From Sideroxydans lithotrophicus (lineage in GTDB: Bacteria > Pseudomonadota > Gammaproteobacteria > Burkholderiales > Gallionellaceae): DNA of 64,000 bases. The DNA lies in contig DYJI01000007.1 in assembly GCA_020723185.1 (NCBI GenBank), positions 59,003-123,002 on the forward strand, in the 5' to 3' direction. Shown piece after piece: positions 31,018-42,387 of the stretch (the stretch's first letter is position 1; each line of letters starts with the position of its first letter). A program made the position numbers and the translations under genes. The notes below the pieces were generated by a model, which made no database searches, was not told where the DNA came from, and was given only the letters and a program-made list of their open reading frames with translations.

Positions 31018-32504
31018 TCGCCCTGTTCCTCCAGCGCGCGCGGTCGTGATATGCCGAATCCTTGGGCGTAGTCGATACCCAATTCCCCCAGCTTGGAGAT
31101 CAGTTCATCGCTTTCCACCAGTTCGGCCACGGTGCGCACGCCGATCTTTTTCGCGACGCGATCTATGGAGCTCACCTTGGCGAGATTGACCGGGTCACGT
31201 AGCAGGCCGAGGATGAGACTGCCGTCTATCTTGATGAAATCCACCTGAAAGCCGCGTATGCGGTCGAACGAGACGTTGTCGCGTCCGAATCCGCTCAAGG
31301 CGACCCGGCACCCGCAAGTTCTGACCTGTCGGATGAATTCGGCTGCATTCTCGCCGCGTTGAGCCAGTTCGGCATCGGTCACTTCAAAACACAGGCTGCC
31401 TGCTGCCGCGTCGTATTCCTGCAATATGCTTCTCAGGAACTCGGGGAATTCCGGGTCGCCCAGCGTGGCAGGGGCGAGATTGACGAAGAACATCGAGCCT
31501 TTGCGACTGTGGCCGGCCGACCATGCCAGCACATGCTGGATCACCCAGCGATCCAGATATGGCATCAGGCCGTGCCGTTCTGCCAGTGGGAAGAATGCCC
31601 CCGGCGGCAATAGTCCTTCTTCCTCTTCCTGCAGCCGGACAAGGATCTCGTAGTGTTCGGCCCTGCCGCTATCGAGCGGGAGCGGGGCGATCAACTGGCA
31701 GAAGAGTCGGAACTCGCCATGCTCGATGGCGGCGATGATGCGCTTGCCCGCGTCCTTTTGACCGGTGAGCTGTTCCGAAAAGACGTCGATGTATAGTTCC
31801 TGTCCCGCCAAGGCTTCGTTCGTTGTAGCGGGCTGCGCGCCGGGAGTGCTTTGCATCGGTAGCAGGTCGCTGCGGCCGGTGATGTCGTCCGCGAGGAAGT
31901 AGAAGCCGGTGACCTTGCCTGCCTCGTCGTATTGCGGGACATGGGTGATCGAGAGGTGATAGAGCGCGCCGCCCTGCATCGCCTGAGTGCGCTCGTAGTG
32001 GACTTCCTGGCCATCCAGTGACTGCCGCACCGCAGTGGCGATCTCCGTACTGACCTTGGGGCCGAGTATCTCGCGAATATGGTGTCCGTCCACTTGCTCG
32101 GGTCGCATGCCCAGCCAATCATGGAAAGCGCGATTATGGTAATGGCACAGACCTTTGGCATCGAACAGCGCGACCATGGTCGACAGGGATACGTCCATAA
32201 GTTGCAGGCGGGGGCGGTCGGTCGCGTTCTTTTGTTCGGCGTGCTTGCGCAGGAGCGTCTCCCGTTCCAGTTTGCTTTTCACGGCGGCCAGTTGTGCCGA
32301 GCGGCGCATCAGCAGCCATTCCGAGCGGGAGGCGCGCACGGCTTCTGCCAGGATGGCGGCGACCAGCACACCAGTCAGGAATGCTGTCCAGAGCAGGTTC
32401 GATTCGGTGAATGTGATGGCGAACACTAAAGCTGACGCAGTGGCGATCACGGCCAGTGCGGCAACATAGTTGCGTAAAGTACGGAGCAGTGTCCGTTTTT
32501 GCAT
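31014..32504 (-). CDS. Membrane-anchored PAS + degenerate EAL domain protein
   Basis: Two N-terminal TM segments, PAS, EILVRL, FIKIDGS, DYAQGF; DDFG is replaced by SGFG. Confidence 0.85.
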   Translation of the reverse strand: MQKRTLLRTLRNYVAALAVIATASALVFAITFTESNLLWTAFLTGVLVAAILAEAVRASRSEWLLMRRSAQLAAVKSKLERETLLRKHAEQKNATDRPRLQLMDVSLSTMVALFDAKGLCHYHNRAFHDWLGMRPEQVDGHHIREILGPKVSTEIATAVRQSLDGQEVHYERTQAMQGGALYHLSITHVPQYDEAGKVTGFYFLADDITGRSDLLPMQSTPGAQPATTNEALAGQELYIDVFSEQLTGQKDAGKRIIAAIEHGEFRLFCQLIAPLPLDSGRAEHYEILVRLQEEEEGLLPPGAFFPLAERHGLMPYLDRWVIQHVLAWSAGHSRKGSMFFVNLAPATLGDPEFPEFLRSILQEYDAAAGSLCFEVTDAELAQRGENAAEFIRQVRTCGCRVALSGFGRDNVSFDRIRGFQVDFIKIDGSLILGLLRDPVNLAKVSSIDRVAKKIGVRTVAELVESDELISKLGELGIDYAQGFGISRPRALEEQGD

Positions 32505-32623
32505 CGACCCCTCCCTGGTGCAGCCTCGATGTGCGCTTTGGTCCGATTATGGCACCAAGTCGCTACGGCCCGCACCCCTTCCGTTCCAGTCGATCGCGCG
32601 ATGCGCAGAAGGGCTGCAACAAC

Positions 32624-32660
32624 TTGAGTCGGCAGGGGAGTTCGGTTACAATGCGCGCCC
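32624..32660 (+). promoter_or_regulatory. rpsB sigma70 promoter
   Basis: TTGAGT-N17-TACAAT followed by GC-rich discriminator GCGCGCCC. Confidence 0.7.
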
Positions 32661-32760
32661 CGTTTATCCGGCAACCGCCGGTGGACGGTAATTCACACAC
32701 TCGTTCATGTTGGGGTGTCCTTACGGGATCAGGCTGGCGAGTGGAAGAACTTAACCCTTA
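32661..32760 (+). ncRNA. rpsB leader (t44 / S2 autoregulatory RNA)
   Basis: Conserved leader elements ACACAC, GGGGTG, GTGGA and TAACCC occur in order upstream of rpsB. Confidence 0.7.
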
Positions 32761-32775
32761 ACATTGGAGTAGATC

Positions 32776-33504
32776 ATGGCAGCAGTCACAATGCGTCAAA
32801 TGCTGGAAGCGGGTGTCCATTTCGGTCACCAGACACGTTTCTGGAATCCCAAGATGGCCCCTTATATCTTCGGTCATCGCAACAAGATCCATATCGTCAA
32901 CCTGGAAAAGACCGTCGTGATGTTCAACGACGCGCTGAAGGAAGTGCGCAAGATCGCATCGAAGAAGGGCAATGTCCTGTTCGTGGCGACCAAGCGCCAA
33001 GCGCGCGAGATCATCCGCGAGGAAGCGATGCGCGCCGGTTCACCTTTCGTTGACTACCGCTGGTTGGGCGGCATGCTCACCAATTTCAAGACCGTTCAGC
33101 TGTCGATCAAGCGCCTGAAGGAACTGGAAGCCATGATCGAGGACGGCAGCATCGACAAGGTCTCCAAGAAGGAAGGCCTGATGTTCCGCCGCGAACTGGA
33201 AAAGCTGGAGCGCAGCCTGGGCGGTATCAAGGACATGCAAGGCCTGCCTTCCGCGATCTTCGTGATCGACGTCGGCTACCAGAAGGGCACCGTCACCGAA
33301 GCGCAGAAGCTGGGCATCCCGGTCATCGGCGTGGTCGATACCAACCACAGCCCGGAGGGGGTGGACTTCGTGATTCCTGGTAACGACGATTCCAGCCAGG
33401 CGATCCGTCTGTACGCACGCGGCGTGGCCGATGCGATCTTGGAAGGTCGCGAGCAAGCGACCACCGATCTTGTCGAACAGATCGCGGAAAAAGAAGCTGC
33501 TTAA
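32776..33504 (+). CDS. rpsB: 30S ribosomal protein S2
   Basis: [32 protein letters not shown]. Confidence 0.98.
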   Translation: MAAVTMRQMLEAGVHFGHQTRFWNPKMAPYIFGHRNKIHIVNLEKTVVMFNDALKEVRKIASKKGNVLFVATKRQAREIIREEAMRAGSPFVDYRWLGGMLTNFKTVQLSIKRLKELEAMIEDGSIDKVSKKEGLMFRRELEKLERSLGGIKDMQGLPSAIFVIDVGYQKGTVTEAQKLGIPVIGVVDTNHSPEGVDFVIPGNDDSSQAIRLYARGVADAILEGREQATTDLVEQIAEKEAA

Positions 33505-33520
33505 GCGGCCTCTCCGTAAC

Positions 33521-33544
33521 AAGGGGGCGCAAGCCCCCTTTTTT
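33521..33544 (+). terminator. Terminator/attenuator between rpsB and tsf
   Basis: AAGGGGGC-GCAA-GCCCCCTT followed by TTTT. Confidence 0.8.
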
Positions 33545-33580
33545 GTAAGCTGAATTCTGTTGAAAAATTAGGAGTGTGAC

Positions 33581-34480
33581 ATGGCGGAAATCACCGCAAG
33601 CATGGTTAAGGATCTGCGCGAGGCGACCGGCCTCGGAATGATGGAGTGCAAGAAGGCGCTGGTGGAGACGAACGGCGATGCAAAAGCTGCTGAAGAGCTG
33701 CTGCGCATCAAGAGCGGTGCAAAGGCCAGCAAGGCTGCGTCCCGCGTGACAGCAGAAGGCGTCATCGGTTCCTATCTGTCTGCTGACGGCAAGATCGGTG
33801 CCGTGGCCGAAGTGAATTGTGAGACCGACTTCGTGGCCAAGAACGACGACTTCATGGCGTTCGCCAAGAACGTTGCCGAGACCGTGGCGAAGAACGACCC
33901 GTCCGACATCGATGCGTTGCTGGGCATGAAGCTGGCGAACGGCACGGGTACGGTGGAAGAAGACCGCAAGGCGCTGGTGATGAAGCTGGGTGAGAACCTG
34001 AGCGTGCGCCGTATCGAGCGTTATCAGACATCCACTGGCAGCCTGGCGACCTATCTGCACGGCAACAAGATCGGCGTGATGGTCAATTACGAGGGCGGCG
34101 ACGAGGCGCTGGGCAAGGATCTGGCGATGCATATCGCGGCTTCCAAGCCTAAGTCGGTGGATGCCTCCGGCGTGAATCCGGAAGACATCGAGACCGAGCG
34201 CCGTATCGCGATCGAGAAGGCCAAGGAATCCGGCAAGCCGGAAGCCATGCTGGAAAAGATCGCCGAAGGTACCGTGCAGAAGTTCCTCAAGGAAGTGACG
34301 CTGCTGGGCCAGGTGTTCGTCAAGGCTGAAGACGGCAAGCAGACCATCGAGCAACTGCTGAAGAGCAAGGGCGCCTCGGTCACCGCTTTCCAGATGTTCG
34401 TCGTCGGCGAGGGTATCGAGAAGAAGGTCGAGGACTACGCGGCTGAAGTCGCCGCCGCCGCCGCTGCAGCACAGAAGTAA
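33581..34480 (+). CDS. tsf: Elongation factor Ts
   Basis: [28 protein letters not shown]. Confidence 0.98.
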   Translation: MAEITASMVKDLREATGLGMMECKKALVETNGDAKAAEELLRIKSGAKASKAASRVTAEGVIGSYLSADGKIGAVAEVNCETDFVAKNDDFMAFAKNVAETVAKNDPSDIDALLGMKLANGTGTVEEDRKALVMKLGENLSVRRIERYQTSTGSLATYLHGNKIGVMVNYEGGDEALGKDLAMHIAASKPKSVDASGVNPEDIETERRIAIEKAKESGKPEAMLEKIAEGTVQKFLKEVTLLGQVFVKAEDGKQTIEQLLKSKGASVTAFQMFVVGEGIEKKVEDYAAEVAAAAAAAQK

Positions 34481-34493
34481 ACGAAAGGACGCC

Positions 34494-35213
34494 ATGACCG
34501 CACCCGCCTACAAACGCATCCTGCTCAAGCTCTCCGGCGAAGCCCTGATGGGCGATGACAGCTACGGTATCAACCGTGCCGTCATCGAGCGCATCGTGGC
34601 CGAGATCAAAGAGGTGGTGGAGCTGGGTGTGGAGGTGGCGATGGTGGTCGGCGGCGGCAACATCTTCCGTGGTGTCGCACCTGCCGCTGCGGGGATGGAC
34701 AGGGCGACCGCCGATTACATGGGCATGCTGGCTACCGTGATGAACTCGATGGCGTTGCAGGACGCGATGACGCGCGGCGGGTTGGAGTGCCGCGTGCAAT
34801 CGGCGCTGAGCCTGGAGCAGGTCGCCGAGCCGTTCATCCGCGGCAAGGCGCTGCGCTATCTGGAAGACGGCAAGGTGGTGATATTCGCTGCGGGTATCGG
34901 TAGCCCATTCTTCACTACCGATACGGCGGCCGCGCTGCGTGGCGTGGAAATGTCCGCCAATGTGGTGATCAAGGCTACCAAGGTCGACGGGATATATACC
35001 GACGATCCGAAGAAGAACCCTGATGCGATCCGCTATCAGAGCCTGAGCTTCGATGAGGCGATCAGCAAGAATCTCAAGGTGATGGATGCGACGGCGCTGA
35101 CCCTGTGTCGCGACCAGAAGCTGCCCATCATCGTATTCAGCATCTTCAAGCCGGGCGCGCTCAAGCGCGTGGTGTTCGGCGAAGGTGAGGGAACATTGGT
35201 AAGAGTGGATTAG
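34494..35213 (+). CDS. pyrH: UMP kinase
   Basis: [28 protein letters not shown]. Confidence 0.97.
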   Translation: MTAPAYKRILLKLSGEALMGDDSYGINRAVIERIVAEIKEVVELGVEVAMVVGGGNIFRGVAPAAAGMDRATADYMGMLATVMNSMALQDAMTRGGLECRVQSALSLEQVAEPFIRGKALRYLEDGKVVIFAAGIGSPFFTTDTAAALRGVEMSANVVIKATKVDGIYTDDPKKNPDAIRYQSLSFDEAISKNLKVMDATALTLCRDQKLPIIVFSIFKPGALKRVVFGEGEGTLVRVD

Positions 35214-35222
35214 GAGCGCAAC

Positions 35223-35780
35223 ATGATCTCTGATATCAAGAAGAACGTAGAACAAAAGATGCAAAAGTCGCTGGAAGCGCTGAAGACCGACTTGAGCAAG
35301 ATCCGTACGGGCCGTGCGCACACCGGCATCCTGGATCATGTGATGGTGGAGTATTACGGCAGCCCCACCGCGATCAACATGGTGGCCAACATCACTTTGA
35401 CCGACGCGCGCACCATCGGTGTGCAACCTTACGAAAAGAACATGATCGGTCCGGTCGAAAAGGCGATCCGCGATTCCGATCTGGGGCTGAACCCGGCCAC
35501 CAACGGCGACCTGATCCGCGTGCCGATGCCGATGCTGACCGAAGAACGCCGCCGCGACCTGATCAAGGTGGTGAAGAGCGAAGGCGAGGACGCCAAGATC
35601 GCGGTACGCAACATCCGCCGCGAAGCCAACGAGCAACTCAAGAAACTGCTCAAGGACAAGGAAGTCGGCGAGGATGAGGAGCGCCGCGCGCAGGACGATG
35701 TACAGAAACTGACCGACCGCTACGTCGCCGAGATCGACAAGGCATTGCAAGCCAAAGAAGTGGATCTGATGGCAGTCTAA
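35223..35780 (+). CDS. frr: Ribosome recycling factor
   Basis: [22 protein letters not shown]. Confidence 0.97.
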   Translation: MISDIKKNVEQKMQKSLEALKTDLSKIRTGRAHTGILDHVMVEYYGSPTAINMVANITLTDARTIGVQPYEKNMIGPVEKAIRDSDLGLNPATNGDLIRVPMPMLTEERRRDLIKVVKSEGEDAKIAVRNIRREANEQLKKLLKDKEVGEDEERRAQDDVQKLTDRYVAEIDKALQAKEVDLMAV

Positions 35781-35854
35781 TCAGGATTCGGGATGCAGGA
35801 TACGGCAACACCGGCTGCCTCGACTGAATCCCGCATCCTGTACCTGAATCCTGA
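35781..35854. repeat. Heptamer-based inverted repeat (REP-like hairpin) between frr and uppS
   Basis: Left arm CAGGATT-CGGGATG-CAGGATA; right arm AATCCCG-CATCCTG-TACCTG-AATCCTG. Confidence 0.6.
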
Positions 35855-35855
35855 A

Positions 35856-36617
35856 ATGGCCATCTTCAAAAGCTCAACCCGCACCATCCCCGAGACTGCC
35901 GCAGTCCCGCGCCATATCGCCATCATCATGGACGGCAACGGACGCTGGGCCAGAAAACGTTTGATGCCGCGCGTGATGGGGCATCAGCGCGGGGTGGAGA
36001 CGGTACGCGAAGTGGTCAAAGCCTGTCGCCAGAAGGGGGTGGAATACCTGACGCTGTTCGCATTCAGCAGTGAGAACTGGCGCCGGCCCGCCGATGAGGT
36101 CTCCTTCCTGATGCAGCTGTTCCTGAAGATGCTGGAACGCGAAGTCTCAAAACTGCACGAGAACAATATCCGTCTCAAGATCATCGGCGACCGTAGCCGT
36201 TTCGATGCGCCACTGGTGCAGCATATCGAAGAAGCGGAGAGGCTGACCGCCGCCAACTCCGGACTCACCCTCACCATCGCCGCCAACTATGGCGGTCGCT
36301 GGGACATCATGCAGGCCATGCATGCGCTGAGCCAGGCGCATCCCGAGCGCGCCACGGCGTTCGGGGAAGAGGAACTCACTCCCTATCTTTCCATGCATTA
36401 CGCACCGGAACCGGATCTGTTCATCCGTACCGGTGGCGAGCAGCGCATCAGCAATTTCCTGTTGTGGCAGCTGGCATATACCGAACTGTATTTCACCGAT
36501 ACGCTGTGGCCCGCTTTCGACCGCAAGGCATTGGAGGAAGCGATCCAGTCCTATCAAAAACGCGAGCGCCGATTCGGTCGCACCAGCGAACAACTCAAGG
36601 GAAGTGAAGATGCTTAG
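35856..36617 (+). CDS. uppS: Undecaprenyl diphosphate synthase
   Basis: [37 protein letters not shown]. Confidence 0.96.
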   Translation: MAIFKSSTRTIPETAAVPRHIAIIMDGNGRWARKRLMPRVMGHQRGVETVREVVKACRQKGVEYLTLFAFSSENWRRPADEVSFLMQLFLKMLEREVSKLHENNIRLKIIGDRSRFDAPLVQHIEEAERLTAANSGLTLTIAANYGGRWDIMQAMHALSQAHPERATAFGEEELTPYLSMHYAPEPDLFIRTGGEQRISNFLLWQLAYTELYFTDTLWPAFDRKALEEAIQSYQKRERRFGRTSEQLKGSEDA

Positions 36618-37440
36618 AGCGCGTGTTATCACTGCAGTCGTAATGCTGCTGCTGCTGCTGGCCGCGCTGTTCCTGTTGCCCGCGCTGGGCTGGTCCTTGC
36701 TGGTGATCGCCATGGTGATGCAGGGCACTTCGGAGTGGGCGCGTCTGTCCGGGCTGCAAGGCACGGCGGCCAAGATGTACTGGGGCGGTACGCTGCTGCT
36801 GATGCTGGGCCTGCTGTGGATGGATATGGGCCTCGCAGAAGGTGCGACCAACTATCCGCATCTGACTGCCTATCTGCTCTCCGCCGTGCTGTGGCTGATC
36901 GTGGTGCCGGCCTGGTTGATGAGCGGCGTGAAGGTGACGCACAAGGGGCTGATGATGCTGGTCGGCTGGGCGGTGCTGGTACCGACCGGGCTGGCCATGA
37001 TAGACCTGCGTGCTTGGGCACCCAGCCCGTGGATGCTGTTGTTCGTGATGGGCATCGTGTGGGTGGCGGACAGCGCAGCCTATTTCGCCGGGCGCAAGTA
37101 TGGCAAGACCAAGCTGGCACCCAGCATCAGTCCGGGCAAGACCTGGGAAGGCGTGGCCGGTGCGATCCTGGGCGTCTCCATCTATGTGGCACTGGTGTGG
37201 ACCTTCAGCGAGGAATTCTCACGCTTGCAGGTGCTGCCGGCGTTGATGCTCACCGCCTGGTGGTGGGTGGTATTGGCCGTGCTGGGCGACCTGTTCGAGT
37301 CGGCCATCAAGCGTCAGGCCGGCGTCAAGGATAGCGGGGCGTTGCTGCCCGGTCATGGCGGACTGCTGGATCGCATCGATGCGCTGACCTCCACTTTGCC
37401 GCTAGCCATGCTGGCGCTGCTCTTTCATGGGCTGAACTAG
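36610..37440 (+). CDS. cdsA: Phosphatidate cytidylyltransferase
   Basis: [26 protein letters not shown]...[11 protein letters not shown]. Confidence 0.95.
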   Translation: MLRARVITAVVMLLLLLAALFLLPALGWSLLVIAMVMQGTSEWARLSGLQGTAAKMYWGGTLLLMLGLLWMDMGLAEGATNYPHLTAYLLSAVLWLIVVPAWLMSGVKVTHKGLMMLVGWAVLVPTGLAMIDLRAWAPSPWMLLFVMGIVWVADSAAYFAGRKYGKTKLAPSISPGKTWEGVAGAILGVSIYVALVWTFSEEFSRLQVLPALMLTAWWWVVLAVLGDLFESAIKRQAGVKDSGALLPGHGGLLDRIDALTSTLPLAMLALLFHGLN

Positions 37441-38621
37441 TGCAGAACATCACCGTTCTCGGCTCCACGGGGAGTATAGGCAAGAGCACGCTGGACGTCG
37501 TTGCACGCCATCCGGACCGATACCGCATCATCGCGCTCACTGCGAACCGGCAGGACGAGTTGCTGTTCGAACAATGCCGCCAGTTCCGCCCGCACTTTGC
37601 CGTTCTTCTTGATGAGGCGGCGGCGGAGCGTCTGCGCAAGCGTATCGCCGCTACGGGGCTGGATGTAGAAGTGTCGTGCGGCAATGATGCGTTGGTAAAG
37701 GTCGCCACCTTGCCGGAGGTGGATGCCGTGATGGCCGCTATCGTTGGTGCGGCGGGGATGCGCCCAACCTTGGCGGCAGCGGAAGCCGGCAAGAAGGTGC
37801 TGCTGGCGAACAAGGAGACGCTGGTGCTGGCCGGTCACCTGTTCATGGATGCGGTGCGCCGCAGCGGTGCGGTGCTGTTGCCCATCGACAGCGAGCACAA
37901 CGCCATCTTCCAGTCCTTGCCGCACGATTACGCAGGGAACATGATGAGCAGCGGCGTCAGCAAGATATTACTCACGGCTTCCGGCGGCCCGTTCCGCAAC
38001 ACGCCTGCCCCGGAGTTGCAGAACGTCACGCCGGAGCAGGCCTGCGCCCATCCCAACTGGAGCATGGGGCGCAAGATATCGGTCGATTCCGCCAGCATGA
38101 TGAACAAGGGGCTGGAGGTGATCGAGGCGCACTGGCTGTTCAATGCCGCGGCCGACGATATCCAGGTGGTGGTGCACCCGCAGAGCGTGATCCATTCCAT
38201 GGTGCAATATGTCGACGGTTCGGTGATCGCGCAACTCGGCAATCCCGATATGCGCACGCCTATTGCCTATGCACTGGCCTGGCCGGAGCGCATTGTTTCC
38301 GGCGTCGCGCCGCTCGATCTGTTCGCCATCGCCAAACTGGATTTCGTCGCGCCCGACCTCGACCGTTTCCCCTGCCTCACGCTGGCGTATCAAGCCCTGC
38401 GTGCCGGCGGTACCGTGCCGGCGCTGCTCAATGCCGCGAACGAAGTGGCGGTGGATGCCTTCCTGAATCGCCGCATCGCATTCCTCGATATCCCGCGCCT
38501 GATCGCGTCCGTGATGGAGGCGGTGCCGCGTGCCGAGGTGCGCAGGTTGCAGGATGTGCTGGATGCCGATGCCGCAGCCCGCATCGCCGCGCAGGCGTGG
38601 GTGGGGCAAAACACAAAGTGA
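37440..38621 (+). CDS. dxr: 1-deoxy-D-xylulose 5-phosphate reductoisomerase
   Basis: [34 protein letters not shown]. Confidence 0.97.
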   Translation: MQNITVLGSTGSIGKSTLDVVARHPDRYRIIALTANRQDELLFEQCRQFRPHFAVLLDEAAAERLRKRIAATGLDVEVSCGNDALVKVATLPEVDAVMAAIVGAAGMRPTLAAAEAGKKVLLANKETLVLAGHLFMDAVRRSGAVLLPIDSEHNAIFQSLPHDYAGNMMSSGVSKILLTASGGPFRNTPAPELQNVTPEQACAHPNWSMGRKISVDSASMMNKGLEVIEAHWLFNAAADDIQVVVHPQSVIHSMVQYVDGSVIAQLGNPDMRTPIAYALAWPERIVSGVAPLDLFAIAKLDFVAPDLDRFPCLTLAYQALRAGGTVPALLNAANEVAVDAFLNRRIAFLDIPRLIASVMEAVPRAEVRRLQDVLDADAAARIAAQAWVGQNTK

Positions 38622-38697
38622 GATCCCGGCCGGCAATGAACCTCTGTTTGCCGATTCGGTCACTACGCATATCACTGACTGTTTCCGGGAAGGACAC

Positions 38698-40053
38698 ATG
38701 ATCACGCTACTTGCCTTCGTCGTCGCCATCGTCGTGCTGGTCGTGTTTCACGAATACGGCCATTATCTGGTGGCGCGCTGGTGTGATGTGAAGGTGCTGC
38801 GTTTCTCGGTCGGATTCGGCAATGTCATCTTTTCGCGCCGCATCGGCAAGGACGGCACCGAATGGGCGTTGTCCGCCATCCCGCTGGGTGGCTACGTGAA
38901 GATGCTTGACGAGCGCGAGGGCGAGGTCGCACCGAACGAATTGCGCCGCGCCTTCAACCGCAAACCGGTGTTGCAGCGCATGGCCATCGTGGCGGCGGGG
39001 CCGCTGGCCAATCTGCTGTTGGCCGTCGTCCTTTATTGGTTGCTGTTCATGGTTGGTGTGCCCGGAATCAAACCGGTACTGGGTGAGATCGCACCGGGTA
39101 CCCCGGCAGCCGTCGCCGCCTTGCAGACGCAGAGCACCATCGTCAGTATCAATGGACAAGCCACGCAGAGTTGGCAGGAAGTCCGCTGGACTTTGCTCGA
39201 CTTGATCCTGCAACAGCGTTCCGCCACGTTGCAACTGCGCGACCGAACAGACGCCATCGTGGAACGGGAACTGGATATGTCCGGTTTGACGGCAGCGGAT
39301 CTGGACGGCGACTTCATGCACAAGCTGGGGCTGTTACCCTATCAGCCGCCGGTATATCCGGTCATCGGCCAGTTGACGGAAGACGGCGCGGCGGCACAAG
39401 CTGGTATGAAGACCGGTGACCGCGTGTTGTCGGTGAATGGCGAGCCTGTGGCGTTGTGGGAAGACTGGGTCAAGGTGATCCGCGCACATCCCGAGCAGAG
39501 GTTGCAGCTCGAGATAGTGCGTGACGGTGCGCGCATCGGGCTGTCCATCGTTCCAGCGGCAGTGATGGAGGACGGCCAGCGCATCGGCCGCATCGGTGCG
39601 GGTGCACAGATCGACCAGCAGGCTTTTGACGCATTGCTTACCGATGTGCGGTATCCCCCGCTGCAGGCACTGTCTGAAGGGATGCGAAAGACCTGGGAGA
39701 CTGCGCTGATCAGCGTGAAGATGATGGGCAAGATGGTGCTGGGCGAAGTGTCGCTGAAGAACCTGTCCGGTCCCATCACCATCGCCGATTATGCCGGCCA
39801 GTCCGCACAGATGGGACTTGGGGCCTATGTGGGATTCCTCGCGCTGATCAGCATCAGTCTGGGAATATTGAATCTGCTGCCGATCCCGTTATTGGATGGC
39901 GGCCATTTGCTGTATTATTCGGTCGAATTTTTCAAGGGCAGTCCGGTCTCTGATGATCTGTGGGAAGCAGGACAGAAAGTCGGTATCGCACTCTTGGTGA
40001 CCATGATGGCTTTCGCGTTGTACAACGACGTGAGCCGCCTGATTTTGGGTTGA
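38698..40053 (+). CDS. rseP: Intramembrane metalloprotease RseP
   Basis: HEYGH, two PDZ domains, NLLPIPLLDGG. Confidence 0.95.
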   Translation: MITLLAFVVAIVVLVVFHEYGHYLVARWCDVKVLRFSVGFGNVIFSRRIGKDGTEWALSAIPLGGYVKMLDEREGEVAPNELRRAFNRKPVLQRMAIVAAGPLANLLLAVVLYWLLFMVGVPGIKPVLGEIAPGTPAAVAALQTQSTIVSINGQATQSWQEVRWTLLDLILQQRSATLQLRDRTDAIVERELDMSGLTAADLDGDFMHKLGLLPYQPPVYPVIGQLTEDGAAAQAGMKTGDRVLSVNGEPVALWEDWVKVIRAHPEQRLQLEIVRDGARIGLSIVPAAVMEDGQRIGRIGAGAQIDQQAFDALLTDVRYPPLQALSEGMRKTWETALISVKMMGKMVLGEVSLKNLSGPITIADYAGQSAQMGLGAYVGFLALISISLGILNLLPIPLLDGGHLLYYSVEFFKGSPVSDDLWEAGQKVGIALLVTMMAFALYNDVSRLILG

Positions 40054-40059
40054 TAAACA

Positions 40060-42342
40060 ATGGATTTGAGAAAACTAGCGGGCGTGATCGCGCTTGTATA
40101 CGGCGCATCTGCCTGGGCGGGGCAGTCTTTTGTGGTTAAAGACATCCGCATCGAAGGCATCCAGCGCACCGAAGCCGGCACCGTGTTCAGCTATCTGCCG
40201 GTCAAGGTCGGGGACACGCTGGACGACAGCCGTGCAACGGCGGCCCTGCATGCCTTGTTTTCCACCGGTTTCTTCAAGGATGTGGAACTGCTGGCCGAGC
40301 AGGATGTGCTGGTGGTGCGCGTGCAGGAGCGTCCCACCATCGCCAGCGTCGAGCTGGACGGCGTCAAGGACTTCCCCAAACCACAATTGCTGGAGAACCT
40401 GAAACTGGTCGGACTGGCCGAAGGGCGCATCTTCGACAAATCGGCCCTGGAGAAATCCGAGAACGAATTGAAGCGGCAGTACATCGCGCGTGGCAAGTAC
40501 GGGGTATCCGTCAAAACGACCGTGACGGATCTGGAACGCAACCGTGTCGCGGTCAGTATGATCGTGTCGGAGGGCAAGCCTTCCAAGATCCGCCAGATCA
40601 ACCTCATCGGCAACCAGCATTTCAGTGATGACGACCTGCTGGACGAGATGAAACTGACCACGCCGGGCTGGTTCACCTGGCTCAGCAGCAACGATCAATA
40701 CTCCAAGCCCAAACTGTCCGCCGACATCGAGACCCTGCGCAGTCTGTATCTGAACTCGGGTTATATGGACTTCTCCATCGACTCCACCAATGTAACGATC
40801 TCCGCCGACAAGAAGGATATCTACATCACGCTCAACCTGACTGAGGGCGAGCAGTACACGATCTCGGATATCAAGGTGGCAGGTTCGAGGAACGTGTTCA
40901 GCAACGAAGCGCTACGCGCCATGATCGATGTGCAGCCGGGCCAGGTGTTCTCGCGCGAAGCGCTGACCGCTGCCTCGGACAAGATCCGCGAGAATCTGGG
41001 CGAGGAAGGCTATGCCTTCGCCAACGTGAACATCGTGCCGGATATCGACAAGGAGAAGCACCAGGCCGCCTTCACCTTCGTGGTGGACCCCATGCAGCGC
41101 GCCTACGTGCGCAACATCAACGTCTCCGGCAACGACAAGACCAAGGACGAGGTCGTACGGCGCGAGTTCCGCCAGATGGAAGGCGGCTGGTTCGCCACAT
41201 CCAAGATCAAGAAATCCAAGCAGCGCATCGACCGCCTCGGTTTCTTCGAGAGCGTGAACATCGAGACGCATCAAGTGCCGGGCAGTACCGACCAGCTCGA
41301 TCTGGACCTGACGGTGACCGAGAAGTCGACCGGCAACTTCAATATCGGCATGGGATACAGCAACGGCGAGGGACTTACCTTCATGGGCGGCATCACCCAG
41401 TCCAACCTGTTCGGTACTGGCAACTATCTGTCCACCCAGATCAATACCAGCAAGGTCAACCAGGTGTATTCGGTCTCCTATACCAACCCGTATTACACGG
41501 ACGACGGTATCAGTCGCGGCTTCGACCTCTACAAGCGCCGCTCGGACGTCACCTCGACCACCATCAGCCAGTACACCTCCGAGACCTACGGTGGCGGCAT
41601 CCGTTATGCGGTGCCGATCAGCGATGAGGAGATGTTCCATTACGGACTGGCGCTGGAGAACACCACGATCGGCCTGACCAGCAGCAGCCCGCAGCGTTTC
41701 ATCGATTACATCGACACCTTCGGCAAGACCAACCAGAACGTGCTGGGCACCATAGGCTGGTCGCGCGATACGCGCGATAACGCCCTGTTCCCGAGTGAAG
41801 GGGCGACGCAGCGTGCCAACATCGAAGCCTCGCTGCCGGTATCCGGCCAGCGCTTCTACAAGGTCACCTACACCCAGCAGTGGTATCAGCCGCTGACGGA
41901 GAACCTGATCCTGCATCTGAACGGCGATCTGGGGCTGGCGGATGGTTACAGCGGCATGACGTTGCCGTTCTTCAAGAGCCTGTATGCGGGCGGATCGGGC
42001 AGCGTTCGCGGATACGACTACAACTCGCTGGGCCCGCGCGATGCCAGCGGCTATTCGCTGGGCGGCAACCGTCGCGTGGTGGGCAATGCCGAGATATTGT
42101 TCCCCATGCCGGGCATGGAGAAGAGCAAGTCTTTGCGCATGAGCCTGTTCCTTGACGGCGGCGCGGTCTACGGCGATGCTACGCAGACTGCGGCATCGGA
42201 GGGGATGCGTTATGCTGGCGGCCTGGGACTGACATGGTACTCGCCGGCCGGGCCGATCCAGATCAGCTGGGCCAAGGCATTGAATTCGCAACCGCAGGAC
42301 AAGCTGCAATTCTTCCAGTTCACCATGGGTGGCATGTTCTAG
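40060..42342 (+). CDS. bamA: Outer membrane assembly factor BamA
   Basis: POTRA repeats, VRGYD motif, C-terminal Phe. Confidence 0.95.
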   Translation: MDLRKLAGVIALVYGASAWAGQSFVVKDIRIEGIQRTEAGTVFSYLPVKVGDTLDDSRATAALHALFSTGFFKDVELLAEQDVLVVRVQERPTIASVELDGVKDFPKPQLLENLKLVGLAEGRIFDKSALEKSENELKRQYIARGKYGVSVKTTVTDLERNRVAVSMIVSEGKPSKIRQINLIGNQHFSDDDLLDEMKLTTPGWFTWLSSNDQYSKPKLSADIETLRSLYLNSGYMDFSIDSTNVTISADKKDIYITLNLTEGEQYTISDIKVAGSRNVFSNEALRAMIDVQPGQVFSREALTAASDKIRENLGEEGYAFANVNIVPDIDKEKHQAAFTFVVDPMQRAYVRNINVSGNDKTKDEVVRREFRQMEGGWFATSKIKKSKQRIDRLGFFESVNIETHQVPGSTDQLDLDLTVTEKSTGNFNIGMGYSNGEGLTFMGGITQSNLFGTGNYLSTQINTSKVNQVYSVSYTNPYYTDDGISRGFDLYKRRSDVTSTTISQYTSETYGGGIRYAVPISDEEMFHYGLALENTTIGLTSSSPQRFIDYIDTFGKTNQNVLGTIGWSRDTRDNALFPSEGATQRANIEASLPVSGQRFYKVTYTQQWYQPLTENLILHLNGDLGLADGYSGMTLPFFKSLYAGGSGSVRGYDYNSLGPRDASGYSLGGNRRVVGNAEILFPMPGMEKSKSLRMSLFLDGGAVYGDATQTAASEGMRYAGGLGLTWYSPAGPIQISWAKALNSQPQDKLQFFQFTMGGMF

Positions 42343-42387
42343 CGGCCGGTATCTTCGCGGGTCTGGTGTGTCAGACAAGGAGCAATC

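Noticed and set aside
34451-34469. GCC repeat at the tsf 3' end
   Set aside because: Encodes the ordinary poly-Ala tail of EF-Ts.
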